A stretch of DNA of 64,000 bases from Fibrobacteria bacterium (lineage in GTDB: Bacteria; Fibrobacterota; Fibrobacteria; UBA11236; JADFYW01). The stretch is taken from NCBI GenBank assembly GCA_050294405.1, contig JBNKOC010000027.1, positions 1 to 64,000 of the forward strand. Direction: 5' to 3'. This document shows, one piece after another, positions 19,276-29,009 of the stretch. A model generated the notes under the pieces. The model made no database searches. It was not told the DNA's origin and saw only the letters and a list, made by a program, of their open reading frames with translations. Numbering within the stretch: position 1 is the stretch's first letter; each line of letters opens with the position of its first letter. The position numbers and the translations under genes were made by a program.

Positions 19276-21048
19276 TTATCGCAGGATTTTCTGGCTTCCG
19301 CGATAGTTTTGGTTTTCCACAAAAACCGCCAGTAATCCCCTAGATTTATCTCCCAATTCCACAAGATTTTTTTGCTTACCCGCAATTTTTTCGGAGTGAA
19401 CAAGTTTTCCCGCCATATCAAAAATTTCCAAACTAAATTCGCCCTGCTGCTGGATTTCCACATTGAGAATTCCGTTAGGCAACTGGCTTAATTTTAAATC
19501 GGCCTGATATTTTTCTCCGGAACCGTTAATTGAAAGGCTGGTCAAACACTGGCTGCTGTCGTGACCCGCTGCATTGGCATCGTATTCAGCGTAATTTGGA
19601 TCCATACATGCGGCGTATTCCGGAACGGGCTCAGTTGGACGGCAACTACCGCTATATTGAATTTTCCTGATTTTGGTAAATTGGTCAAAGCTGAACCAGC
19701 TTCCCCCGTAATCAATAACATAAAGGGCGCCATCGGGACCTTGCTGCATATCCAAAGGTTTTACAAAGGTATCATTCCCTTTTAGCTGAATGATGTTATT
19801 GTCATTAACTGTGCCGTCTTCGTTTACAGCCACAACTTTTAAATAACCATCGTTGTTGTCCGTTAAAAACCACATTCTATCAAAATGGGGAGGCAATTTA
19901 ACATTGGATTGCAAACTGCCGTCATAGCGATACATAGGCCCGGTTATTGAAGCGGACTGGGCATAGGCAATTGTGGCCGGAAAGGCTGGTGGAAGCTGAG
20001 TAACTCCCTCATTCCATTTAGAAGTGTTCATGGGATTATTAGGATCTGTTTTTTGCAAAGAAGCGGGAATATCTTGATTCAAGGCATTTTTGCCAGCCCA
20101 ATAAGGCCAACCTGCAAAAACAGGTTTAGTAAATAAATTAAATTCTTCAGTGATACCGGCAAAATCAGGGCCCACATCCCCTGTGAAAGCCCAACGGCGC
20201 ACAGGATCTAAGGTCAATGTATAAGCATTGCGAGTTCCCTTAACATATATTTCGGGAAGCACTTTTGCAGGGTTTGCATATTCTGTGGCCAATTGGGAAT
20301 TGCCTTGCTGCTCCCAATAGTCTGAATAATATTCGCCAAAGTTTCCCTCGGGAATGGAATAGCCTTTTTCAGACTCGTCAGGGTGTATGCGAATAATTCC
20401 TCCCCGAAGCCCCGCTGTGCTGGAAGCTCCCCATTCATCACTCATCCATTTCACATCTTCATTAATGAAACCGTTGTTAATATCTGCATTATTTCCAATA
20501 GTCACCCAAAGGTCTCCATAAGCGTCAAACTGCATTCCCCCACCTGTATGGCAACACTCATCTCTTTGGGTTGGAATATCCAAAAGGATTTTTTCGTTGC
20601 CCGTGTTGAGGTTGTTTCCCTCTAATGTCATGCGAGAAATTCTAAAAGAGTTTACATTAAGAGGCGAATACATAAAGTACATGTAATTATTAGTTTTAAA
20701 ATCCGGGTCCAGTGCAATGCCCACTAAACCTTCTTCCACATTGCCTTCGTGTGAACCTTCCTCCCAAAGTACGGGTATGGTTCCCAATGTTTCCACGCTG
20801 CCATTTCTAAAACGCTTCACCTGGCCCCGACGTTGGATGTAATACACATCCACGTTGCCACCTGCATCCATATCAAAAGCCAGAGAAATAGGCTCCTCCA
20901 AAGAAGGATCCTGACTGCCTGTTATAATATCCACGATTTGCAAATCGTTCCCGGACACCGGGTCACAGCCTTCATAATTCAATTGGCCATAAAGACCGCT
21001 AAAAGCCAAAAGGCCCAGGGCCACCACTGCTTTTTTCATTACCACCAT
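19276..21048 (-). CDS. PQQ-dependent glucose/sorbosone dehydrogenase family (beta-propeller) with CTD
   Basis: EEGLVGIALDPDF, CCHTGGGMQF, GTRNAY, QGPDGALYVIDYG; tail EIFDMAGKLV. Confidence 0.85.
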   Translation of the reverse strand: MVVMKKAVVALGLLAFSGLYGQLNYEGCDPVSGNDLQIVDIITGSQDPSLEEPISLAFDMDAGGNVDVYYIQRRGQVKRFRNGSVETLGTIPVLWEEGSHEGNVEEGLVGIALDPDFKTNNYMYFMYSPLNVNSFRISRMTLEGNNLNTGNEKILLDIPTQRDECCHTGGGMQFDAYGDLWVTIGNNADINNGFINEDVKWMSDEWGASSTAGLRGGIIRIHPDESEKGYSIPEGNFGEYYSDYWEQQGNSQLATEYANPAKVLPEIYVKGTRNAYTLTLDPVRRWAFTGDVGPDFAGITEEFNLFTKPVFAGWPYWAGKNALNQDIPASLQKTDPNNPMNTSKWNEGVTQLPPAFPATIAYAQSASITGPMYRYDGSLQSNVKLPPHFDRMWFLTDNNDGYLKVVAVNEDGTVNDNNIIQLKGNDTFVKPLDMQQGPDGALYVIDYGGSWFSFDQFTKIRKIQYSGSCRPTEPVPEYAACMDPNYAEYDANAAGHDSSQCLTSLSINGSGEKYQADLKLSQLPNGILNVEIQQQGEFSLEIFDMAGKLVHSEKIAGKQKNLVELGDKSRGLLAVFVENQNYRGSQKILR

Positions 21049-21305
21049 CTAATTCCTCTCCTAAATCTTTGGTAAAATACCTTTAATTCCTCTGCCGGGC
21101 ACAGTTTTCCAAGCAAAATACACAAATTTAAGCATCTATTTGCAATTCCCCCCGGTATAATAGATTTGTGGCTTTTTTCCAAACCGAAGTTCTAAAAGCC
21201 CTCGTTTCCTGGCCTTATTTTATTTGGCCATTTTTCCACGGCCTAACGCCAGCATCCAATGCTAAAATTTAACATGATCACCGCGGTTGCCCCGCTCCAG
21301 AACCT

Positions 21306-22154
21306 ATGTTAAACTCCTTTCACCTTTTTTTTTCACAAATACACCCTTTTTTTATTGGCCTGGTATCGGCGTCGGCAACTATGGCTATCGGCTATTTGGA
21401 TTATATTGCGGGATCGGAACTTTCTTTTTCCATTTTTTACCTGCTCCCTTTAGCTTTATGTAGTTGGTATACTAAGCCCCTTGTAGGATGGCTTTATGCT
21501 GTTTATTCTGCTCTGATTTGGTTCTTGGCGGATAAGTTATACGGCACCGCCTATTCTTCGGAAATTATTTTGTATTGGAATAGCTTTGTGCGCTTTGGCT
21601 TTTTCTCCATTATCGTGCATTTGCTGGGTTTAGTAAAAAGCCGGCTGTCCGAAGAAGAAAAATTGGCAGATACAGACCCCCTAACCGGATTAAACAACCG
21701 CAGAAGTTTTAATGAATTAGCCCAGTTGGAAGTGGAACGTTCCAAGCGCTACCAGGAGTTGTTTACACTGGTCTATCTGGATTTGGATAACTTTAAAAGG
21801 GTAAATGATACCCAGGGGCATGAGGAGGGAGACAATTTGCTGGTGTGCGTATCTGATGTATTAAAAAACAACACTCGCAAAACCGATGTGCTGGCCCGGT
21901 TTGGGGGGGACGAGTTTGGAATACTGCTTCCCCACAGCAATATGAAAACAGCCCGCAATACGGTGGAAAAAATCAAGCAGCTTCTGGAAAGAGAAATGAA
22001 AAAAAACAATTGGGCTGTTTCTTTTAGTATTGGCATGGTGACTTTGGAAAAACCCGTTGATAACATTAGAGAGTTAATTAAAATTGCGGATGACATTATG
22101 TATTCCGTAAAAAAAAGTGGCAAAAGCAGAATTGAACATCTATGCCATAATTAA
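21306..22154 (+). CDS. Membrane-bound diguanylate cyclase (GGDEF)
   Basis: About 4 TM helices; TDPLTGLNNRR, DLDNFKRVND, ARFGGDEF; RxxD I-site (RKTD). Confidence 0.92.
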   Translation: MLNSFHLFFSQIHPFFIGLVSASATMAIGYLDYIAGSELSFSIFYLLPLALCSWYTKPLVGWLYAVYSALIWFLADKLYGTAYSSEIILYWNSFVRFGFFSIIVHLLGLVKSRLSEEEKLADTDPLTGLNNRRSFNELAQLEVERSKRYQELFTLVYLDLDNFKRVNDTQGHEEGDNLLVCVSDVLKNNTRKTDVLARFGGDEFGILLPHSNMKTARNTVEKIKQLLEREMKKNNWAVSFSIGMVTLEKPVDNIRELIKIADDIMYSVKKSGKSRIEHLCHN

Positions 22155-22174
22155 TGGCCTTTAGAGGAATTAAC

Positions 22175-22966
22175 TTAAGTTAACATCGCCCCAAAAGATT
22201 CCCACTCCTCTTTAAAATCATCCTGCGAATCCTTTTTAAAAACTCTGGCCAAAGCAAAGGCCGAAACTTCTTTGGCTCCATTGTCCAGTAAAATTTTTGC
22301 GCAGGCATTTAAGGTGGCTCCCGTGGTGATAACATCATCCACCAGCAATATACGCTTTCCTATTATTTTTTCGGGCCTTATAACCTTAAAGGCAAGTTCT
22401 AAGTTTTTAAGACGGGCCTCTTTGTTCAATTTGGTTTGAGTGCCCGTATTTTGAATTCTCTTTAATATTTTGTTCTCCATGGGAAGGCCCATTTTTTCCA
22501 GAGGTTCGGCTATGTATTCAGCCTGGTTGTAACCTCTGTCGTGTCTACGGGTGAAGTGAATGGGGATGGGAATGGAAAAATCATAGGAGCTAAGCTTGTT
22601 TTTAAGTTCCAATTGGCGTTGAAAAAAAAGCATTAGGAAGTTGGCATGGGAATAAAACCCACGATATTTTAAACCGTGAATAAGCTCTGATAGCAATGGA
22701 GTCATATGAAATAAATAAAGACAATCCTCTAATATTATTTCCGGATGCATAACATGGGGGTTGTTATGGGCCTCTCCACAATACCAACACAAATTTTTAT
22801 TGGGAAATTCAAGTTTGCGCATGCAATTTAGGCATAAAGGCAAACCAAAAGCACGAAAAGCCCCGCACTTTCGAGAAGCGCAAATTGGAGGCATAAATAA
22901 CTGGCTTGAAATTCTACCCAAACGCAGCCATAAAGGAATTGCTTTCCCAGAAACGGACATAAACAC
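22175..22966 (-). CDS. comF: ComF family phosphoribosyltransferase-like protein
   Basis: N-terminal Cys pairs, RGYNQA, LLVDDVITTGAT. Confidence 0.88.
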   Translation of the reverse strand: MFMSVSGKAIPLWLRLGRISSQLFMPPICASRKCGAFRAFGLPLCLNCMRKLEFPNKNLCWYCGEAHNNPHVMHPEIILEDCLYLFHMTPLLSELIHGLKYRGFYSHANFLMLFFQRQLELKNKLSSYDFSIPIPIHFTRRHDRGYNQAEYIAEPLEKMGLPMENKILKRIQNTGTQTKLNKEARLKNLELAFKVIRPEKIIGKRILLVDDVITTGATLNACAKILLDNGAKEVSAFALARVFKKDSQDDFKEEWESFGAMLT

Positions 22967-23027
22967 CTGCCTTATTTATTAACGCAATATAAAAGCTATA
23001 AAATCAAAAACTGATTTTCAAGGCGAT

Positions 23028-24236
23028 TTAAAAATCATTGAATTTTGTTTTTAAATTTAAGACCAAGCCAATAAAAATCATGGAGGTAAGCACAAAAGAC
23101 CCCCCGTAAGATAAAAACGGGAGAGGCAAGCCAGTTACAGGCATCATACCCAATGTCATGGCTATGTTAATGAATACATGGAAGGAAAATATGGCGCCTA
23201 CCCCCACAATAGCCAAATTTGCAAAGGGGTTGCGGCTGGTGACGGTCATCCTGAAAATGCGATAAATAATAAAGAAATAAAGCAGGATAACTAAACTTGC
23301 CCCAACAAATCCGAATTGCTCCCCCAAGACCGAAAAAATAAAATCTGTATGTTCTTCGGGAAGAAAACTGAGGTTCGTCTGGGTTCCCTGCCCAAAACCC
23401 TTTCCAAAAAAACCTCCAGAGCCTGTGGCCACTTTAGATTGGATAATCTGATATCCCGAGCCCTGAGGATCTCTCATGGGATCTATAAATGTTAATATCC
23501 TATCCCGTTGGTGTTCCTTTAGAATTTTATTCCAAAGTAAGATAGAGCAATACCCAGCGGCCATATTGCCAATAATGGTACTCAGGAACATAATGAGGTT
23601 GACCCTGTATAACCACATAATGGCGATTAAGACCACAAATAGAAGGCCCCACAAGAAATGAAACGATGTAAGCAGCACTGAAAACAAGGGGGATAAAAGA
23701 ATAAAGATTTCCCAAGCCCGCATTCCGCTCCAATATAACATAGCGATTACCATAACACTAAACACCAAGGCGGTGCTTAAATCCGGTTGCTTTAAAACCA
23801 GAACAAAGGGAAAGGCCATAAAGGCTCCCACTGGAATTAAGGATTTAAAATTGTTTATGGAAACCTTATGGGAAGAAAGATAGTGGGACAGAGCAAGGAG
23901 CAAGCTAAACTTGGCAAATTCCGAAGGCTGGAATTTGAACCCACCAGGCATGGGTATCCATCTTTCCACGGAATCGGCTTTCATTAAAGTAACATACAAG
24001 AGAGGCAATAAGGAAAGCCCATAAAACGGATAAGCCATAATCTGGAAAAATTTACTGGGAATAAAATACATCATGGATATTAGCAAAGCTCCTAATATGA
24101 AATAAATCATTTGCTTTTGCCAATACATGCCGGGTTCACCAATGGTTGCTGTATACACCAAAAGGTTGCCCACCACCATTAAAAGCAGCAAGGCTCCCAA
24201 CATAAACCAATCAATTTTATTATGTCCCGCTTCCAC
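23028..24236 (-). CDS. rodA: Rod shape-determining protein RodA (SEDS)
   Basis: FQPSEFAK, KQPDLSTA, FLPEEHTDFIFS, PLPFLSYGGS; follows mrdA. Confidence 0.95.
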   Translation of the reverse strand: MEAGHNKIDWFMLGALLLLMVVGNLLVYTATIGEPGMYWQKQMIYFILGALLISMMYFIPSKFFQIMAYPFYGLSLLPLLYVTLMKADSVERWIPMPGGFKFQPSEFAKFSLLLALSHYLSSHKVSINNFKSLIPVGAFMAFPFVLVLKQPDLSTALVFSVMVIAMLYWSGMRAWEIFILLSPLFSVLLTSFHFLWGLLFVVLIAIMWLYRVNLIMFLSTIIGNMAAGYCSILLWNKILKEHQRDRILTFIDPMRDPQGSGYQIIQSKVATGSGGFFGKGFGQGTQTNLSFLPEEHTDFIFSVLGEQFGFVGASLVILLYFFIIYRIFRMTVTSRNPFANLAIVGVGAIFSFHVFINIAMTLGMMPVTGLPLPFLSYGGSFVLTSMIFIGLVLNLKTKFNDF

Positions 24237-26058
24237 TGCTATCCCTGTAAAAATACCTGTTTAAAATTTTGCCCGCTATGGGAGCGGCAATGGAGCCGCC
24301 GTGCCCCATATTTTCAACAACGACTCCAATGGCAATTTCTGGATTGTGCAAAGGAGCCACTGCCATAAATAGAGCGTGGGTTTTCTCGCCGTGTGGATTT
24401 TCTGCTGAACCGGTTTTTCCTCCCACTATAACATCTTTAACCCGCGCCCTTCCGCCTGTGCCACCCGGATCGATTACCATTTGCATGGCTTTAAGCATAT
24501 TTTGATGTTCTTCTTCCGACATTTCTAATTCCTGTAAAACCTGGGGCGTGTATCTTTCCAATACCCCGCCCTGAAAATCCCGAACCTCTTTTAAAAGATG
24601 AGGGCGGTAAATAACATTGCCATTGCCAAGGCCTGCGGCCATGTTAGCTAATTGTAAAGGCGTCACAAGCTGCCCCTGGCCTATGGCAAGATTTAGAATC
24701 ATTCCCCGGGACCATTTCCAACCTCTGGAAGCAAATTTTTTTTCGTAAAAGGCCGAATCCATTAAAATGCCGGATCGCTCCGCTACCAAATCCACACCGG
24801 TTTTTTTGCCAAAGCCAAAATTTCGAGCCACTTTGTTAATGGCATCCATTCCCACTGTTAAACCCACCTGGTAATAATAGGTATCGCAGCTATGCTGAAA
24901 GGCTGAGAAAAAATTAACATAGCCATGGCCGGACGGTTTCCAGCATTTTTGGTAACGGCGTCCAAACTGAAACCCTCCCCGGCAGGGTTTAAAGCCAGAA
25001 TAATTGGGCGCCACTTTGCCTGTTCTGAATCCGGCCATAGATGTCATGGCTTTAAATGTGGAACCGGGATCGTAAATACCAATGGAGGCCCTGTTGTTAA
25101 GTGGACGGCGTGGATCCAGGGCTAACTTGGCCCACTCTTTAGAACGCCTTTTTTTTGAAAGAGAAAAGATATTCCCATTAATTCTAGGACTCGAAAGCAT
25201 TACTAAAATTTCCCCATTGCGGGGATCCAGAGCCACAACCGCTGCTTTCACAGTATCTGCAATAGCTTCCTCAGCAGTTAGTTGCAGATCCAAATCCAAA
25301 GTGGTTAGGATATTTCTCCCAGCTTGGGCCGGTTCATGGCTTTTATCATCCACCAAACCTACTTCTTTACCATATACGTTAACTTCTACAAATTTTTTTC
25401 CCTCTTTTCCCCTTAAAATATCTTCGTAATATTTTTCCAGTCCTTTGGCACCAACCCGGTTTCCCAATCGATACCCTCTTGTTTTGTAATCATCAAATTC
25501 CTTTTCGCTGATTTCAGCAGTATAACCCAAAGCATGAGCCGCGGCCGTTTCATAGGGGTATTCTCTCCTGGACTCAACGTTTACCACCACCCCAGGCAAA
25601 TCCAACTGATGTTCCTCAATCATGGACACCACTTCAATGCTGGCGTCCTCTAAAATGGGAAGAGCCTCAAAGGGGCGCCAGCGACCTCTTTCCATCATGT
25701 AATTAACCTGGGAAGAGTCAAATATAGGCTCATTTAAAGTATCCCTTATTTTCATCAGATTCTGAAATACCGTTTCCTTGTCTTTAAGTTCCGTGGGTAA
25801 TATGGCTACTTGATAGGAAGGCCTGTTTCGGGCAAGAATTTCTCCTTTCCGTGATAAAATCAAACCCCGTGGGGCTTCTAAAATTTTTAAACGAAGGCGG
25901 TTTTCTTCAGACAGCCTAAAATGGTATTTATATTGGCTGATTTGGATGTAATAGAGGCGGCCAATTAACACGAAAAACAGTAAGCCGATGACAAGAGTTA
26001 ATTTTGCAGAGGTATGGTTTCGATAAACCTGATCGTCCTGGAGATTCAAATCTGCCAT
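24220..26058 (-). CDS. mrdA: Penicillin-binding protein 2
   Basis: PGSTFK, SCD and KTG transpeptidase motifs; mre operon context. Confidence 0.95.
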   Translation of the reverse strand: MADLNLQDDQVYRNHTSAKLTLVIGLLFFVLIGRLYYIQISQYKYHFRLSEENRLRLKILEAPRGLILSRKGEILARNRPSYQVAILPTELKDKETVFQNLMKIRDTLNEPIFDSSQVNYMMERGRWRPFEALPILEDASIEVVSMIEEHQLDLPGVVVNVESRREYPYETAAAHALGYTAEISEKEFDDYKTRGYRLGNRVGAKGLEKYYEDILRGKEGKKFVEVNVYGKEVGLVDDKSHEPAQAGRNILTTLDLDLQLTAEEAIADTVKAAVVALDPRNGEILVMLSSPRINGNIFSLSKKRRSKEWAKLALDPRRPLNNRASIGIYDPGSTFKAMTSMAGFRTGKVAPNYSGFKPCRGGFQFGRRYQKCWKPSGHGYVNFFSAFQHSCDTYYYQVGLTVGMDAINKVARNFGFGKKTGVDLVAERSGILMDSAFYEKKFASRGWKWSRGMILNLAIGQGQLVTPLQLANMAAGLGNGNVIYRPHLLKEVRDFQGGVLERYTPQVLQELEMSEEEHQNMLKAMQMVIDPGGTGGRARVKDVIVGGKTGSAENPHGEKTHALFMAVAPLHNPEIAIGVVVENMGHGGSIAAPIAGKILNRYFYRDSSGSGT

Positions 26059-26531
26059 TATTCATCCGCAGCAGTGCGATAGCTGAAATAATAAAAAAGC
26101 AATGTTCCAAAAATAGAGGTTAAAATAATGGTAGGTGCTGTGCGTTTTAACAAAAACAACCAACTTTCACTGTGGGTGTCCACAACAATCAAAAGAAAAA
26201 TATCATGCAACAAAATTGCCAATGCCAGAAATATCAATTTAGTCAAAGATGTGAAACTAAATCTTGTTTCATCCATTAACCCGATTCCATAGCCAATAAG
26301 ACTGTTTACCAGGGCATTTATACCCAAGGATTCAATGGCATAAACATCTTGAATCGTTCCTATTAAAAAGCCCGCAAACACCCCGGAAATGGGTCCAAAT
26401 CGAAATGAAAAATAAACCAAAAACATGAGCACAAAGTCCGGGTAGACATAGTTAAGTAATGGAATTTGCATTAAGGCGCTCTGTACCACCAAAGCTACGC
26501 AGAGAATCACAAACATAATGAGGAATTTCAT
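26058..26531 (-). CDS. mreD: Rod shape-determining protein MreD
   Basis: Hydrophobic; PDF and G...D..LG motifs; between mreC and mrdA. Confidence 0.88.
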   Translation of the reverse strand: MKFLIMFVILCVALVVQSALMQIPLLNYVYPDFVLMFLVYFSFRFGPISGVFAGFLIGTIQDVYAIESLGINALVNSLIGYGIGLMDETRFSFTSLTKLIFLALAILLHDIFLLIVVDTHSESWLFLLKRTAPTIILTSIFGTLLFYYFSYRTAADE

Positions 26532-27346
26532 GTATTATCCCCCACCACCCAATCGGATTGTTTGATATAGATAAAAACTTCCTCTACAATGTTTATGTTT
26601 TGAAATTGGCGGACACCAACTCCTTTTATAATATCATTGGAATCTTTGTTTTCATCCGATACCACGCCAATGGATATCCCCTTTGGAAAAACCCCTCCCA
26701 TTCCAGAGGTAACCAAAGTATCACCAAAAACCACATCGGAATGAGCCGGAAAACGAGCCACCAGCTCATTTAATTTATAGGACTCCATTATACCTATAAC
26801 CCGGGAACGTTGGCTTACAACAGATACTTTGCAATTAGGGTCCTGGAGCAATTGAACCACACTGAAATTCCGAAATGTTTTTGCCACCTTTCCCACAATC
26901 CCTTTAGAAGTCAGAACAGGCATATTTACTGAAATATCGTCTCCATAACCAAGGTTAACTATCCATGACGTTTCATAGCGGACGGGGTTCCGCGCCACCA
27001 CTTCGGCAGGGATCACCGTATATCCGCTTTGAAACTTAAAGTTCAGCATTTCTCTTAACCTTTGGTTTTGCAGCTTGTAATGCCGAAGCTCATCATTTTT
27101 TATTTTTAGGCGAAAATTTTCCTGCTTTAAAACTTCATTTTTCGCATAAACATCAAAATATTTGCGTTTTACATTAATTAGGGATTGAGCTGGAGACAAC
27201 ACAGTGCTCACAGCCACTTCGTGAAAAAGGGCTTTTTCTGTTTTATCCATGGAGAGCATCAATGCAGATAAAACCAGGCAGCTAATCAGGGAAAAGACTC
27301 CCCTCCAAATTTTAAAAAGCGAAAATACCCAATCAAAAATAAACAA
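26528..27346 (-). CDS. mreC: Rod shape-determining protein MreC
   Basis: TM helix, coiled coil NQRLREML, GIVGKV, LVTSGMGGVFPKGI. Confidence 0.92.
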   Translation of the reverse strand: MFIFDWVFSLFKIWRGVFSLISCLVLSALMLSMDKTEKALFHEVAVSTVLSPAQSLINVKRKYFDVYAKNEVLKQENFRLKIKNDELRHYKLQNQRLREMLNFKFQSGYTVIPAEVVARNPVRYETSWIVNLGYGDDISVNMPVLTSKGIVGKVAKTFRNFSVVQLLQDPNCKVSVVSQRSRVIGIMESYKLNELVARFPAHSDVVFGDTLVTSGMGGVFPKGISIGVVSDENKDSNDIIKGVGVRQFQNINIVEEVFIYIKQSDWVVGDNT

Positions 27347-27467
27347 CTTCTATATCCAATTTCTTATGGAATGGCGGAATTCCAAACTGTTTAAAAAAGA
27401 TTTATTTGTGATGCAAAAGAAAAGGACTAGCGGGTGAAATTTCATGCACTGACCCCGTAGGTCCCTA

Positions 27468-28493
27468 TTAATAGCGGTCTGCTGGCATTAATACCTTTCG
27501 AAATTTTTCCACATCTTCCAAAATTCTGGCGGTTCCCTTACACACACATACCATGGGATCATCAATTACATTCACAGGCAGGTTTGTTTCTGTGCGAAGA
27601 CGTTCATCCAATCCTCGAAGCAAAGCACCTCCCCCTGTCATAACGATGCCTTTATCCACAATGTCCGAAGATAATTCAGGAGGCGTATTTTCAAGGGCCC
27701 GTTTAACGGCTTCCACAATAAGCGAAATGGTTTCTGATAATGCTTCCCGAATTTCTTCAGAGGTTATCTTTAAAGTTCTGGGAATACCTGCCATTAAATC
27801 TCTTCCCTTGACTTCCATTTCCAATTCTTCCTTTAATGGAAATGCGGAACCTATTTTCATCTTGATATTTTCTGCAGTGCTTTCACCGATTAACAGATTG
27901 TGTGACTTTTTTAAATAATTCATAATGGCGATGTCCATTTCATCACCACCGACTCTGATTGAGGCGTCACATACAATGCCATACAAGGCAATTACTGCAA
28001 TTTCGGAAGTTCCACCGCCGATATCGATAATCATATTGCCGCTGGGGTCTTCCACGGGAATTCCCATTCCAATGGCCGCAGCCATGGGCTCAGCTACCAA
28101 ATACACTTCACGGGCACCTGCACGTTGAGCAGCATCTACGACGGCTCGCTTTTCCACCTCGGTAATGCCTGAAGGAACGCCAACAACAATGCGGGGACGC
28201 AACAAAAACAAGGGATATTTTTGCACTTTTTTAATGACACGGGTCAAAAGACTTTCCACAGAATGAAAATCCGCAATAACTCCATCTTTCATTGGTCGAA
28301 CGGCCATCATATCTTCGGGAGTACGGCCTAACATTAATTTGGCCTCAGCACCAATGGCAATGGTCTTATTGCTACGCCTGTCTACGGCTACAACGGAAGG
28401 TTCATTGATTAAAATGCCTTTTCCACTTACATGAACCAAAGTGTTGGCCGTTCCAAGATCTATGCCTATGTCATTGGAAAAAAAACTAAACAT
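27468..28493 (-). CDS. mreB: Actin-like MreB
   Basis: IGIDLGTANT, EPSVVA, EPMAAAIG, DIGGGTSE. Confidence 0.97.
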   Translation of the reverse strand: MFSFFSNDIGIDLGTANTLVHVSGKGILINEPSVVAVDRRSNKTIAIGAEAKLMLGRTPEDMMAVRPMKDGVIADFHSVESLLTRVIKKVQKYPLFLLRPRIVVGVPSGITEVEKRAVVDAAQRAGAREVYLVAEPMAAAIGMGIPVEDPSGNMIIDIGGGTSEIAVIALYGIVCDASIRVGGDEMDIAIMNYLKKSHNLLIGESTAENIKMKIGSAFPLKEELEMEVKGRDLMAGIPRTLKITSEEIREALSETISLIVEAVKRALENTPPELSSDIVDKGIVMTGGGALLRGLDERLRTETNLPVNVIDDPMVCVCKGTARILEDVEKFRKVLMPADRY

Positions 28494-28603
28494 GCAGCTT
28501 CCGCCTCAATTAATAATATACCTGTATAGAAAGTAAATAGAATTAATTCTAAAGCGCAAACAATTTTTGCAGGATATTAAAATTTTATGCGGAATAATGT
28601 TAA

Positions 28604-28993
28604 TTATTTGGAATCAGTAATATTCTGGCTGCTGTCTTTAGGGGGAAAATAATGCTTAAGCTTTATATCATATCGGTCCCAAAAGTTTGAAGTGGAGCGA
28701 TATCGGTATTTTCTTTTTTGATAAAATTGATTGCGATTCAAATAAAAGTAGTGGACTTCCGCAATACCCGCAAACATTCGCGCGGAGTCTCCCGAAAAAA
28801 ATTGAACCTCTGCAATTTTAAAATACGGTTCTTTTGCGGCAACGCTATCCAGGCCTCTTTCAGATAAGTCCAGCATAATATCTTCCAAATCTTTTTTGGC
28901 CATTTCATTCAATCTGGCCAGCATTTCTTCTTCGGAAGGATTACAGCTTATAAAAATAAAACACAAAAGGGCCCAAAAGGGCCCTAAATGCAA
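28604..28993 (-). CDS. Hypothetical lipoprotein
   Basis: ORF track start (29131) overlaps the upstream gene; TTG at 28993 gives a signal peptide with lipobox FIS-C. Start uncertain. Confidence 0.6.
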   Translation of the reverse strand: MHLGPFWALLCFIFISCNPSEEEMLARLNEMAKKDLEDIMLDLSERGLDSVAAKEPYFKIAEVQFFSGDSARMFAGIAEVHYFYLNRNQFYQKRKYRYRSTSNFWDRYDIKLKHYFPPKDSSQNITDSK

Positions 28994-29009
28994 TTTGCTT
29001 ATTTTGAAC

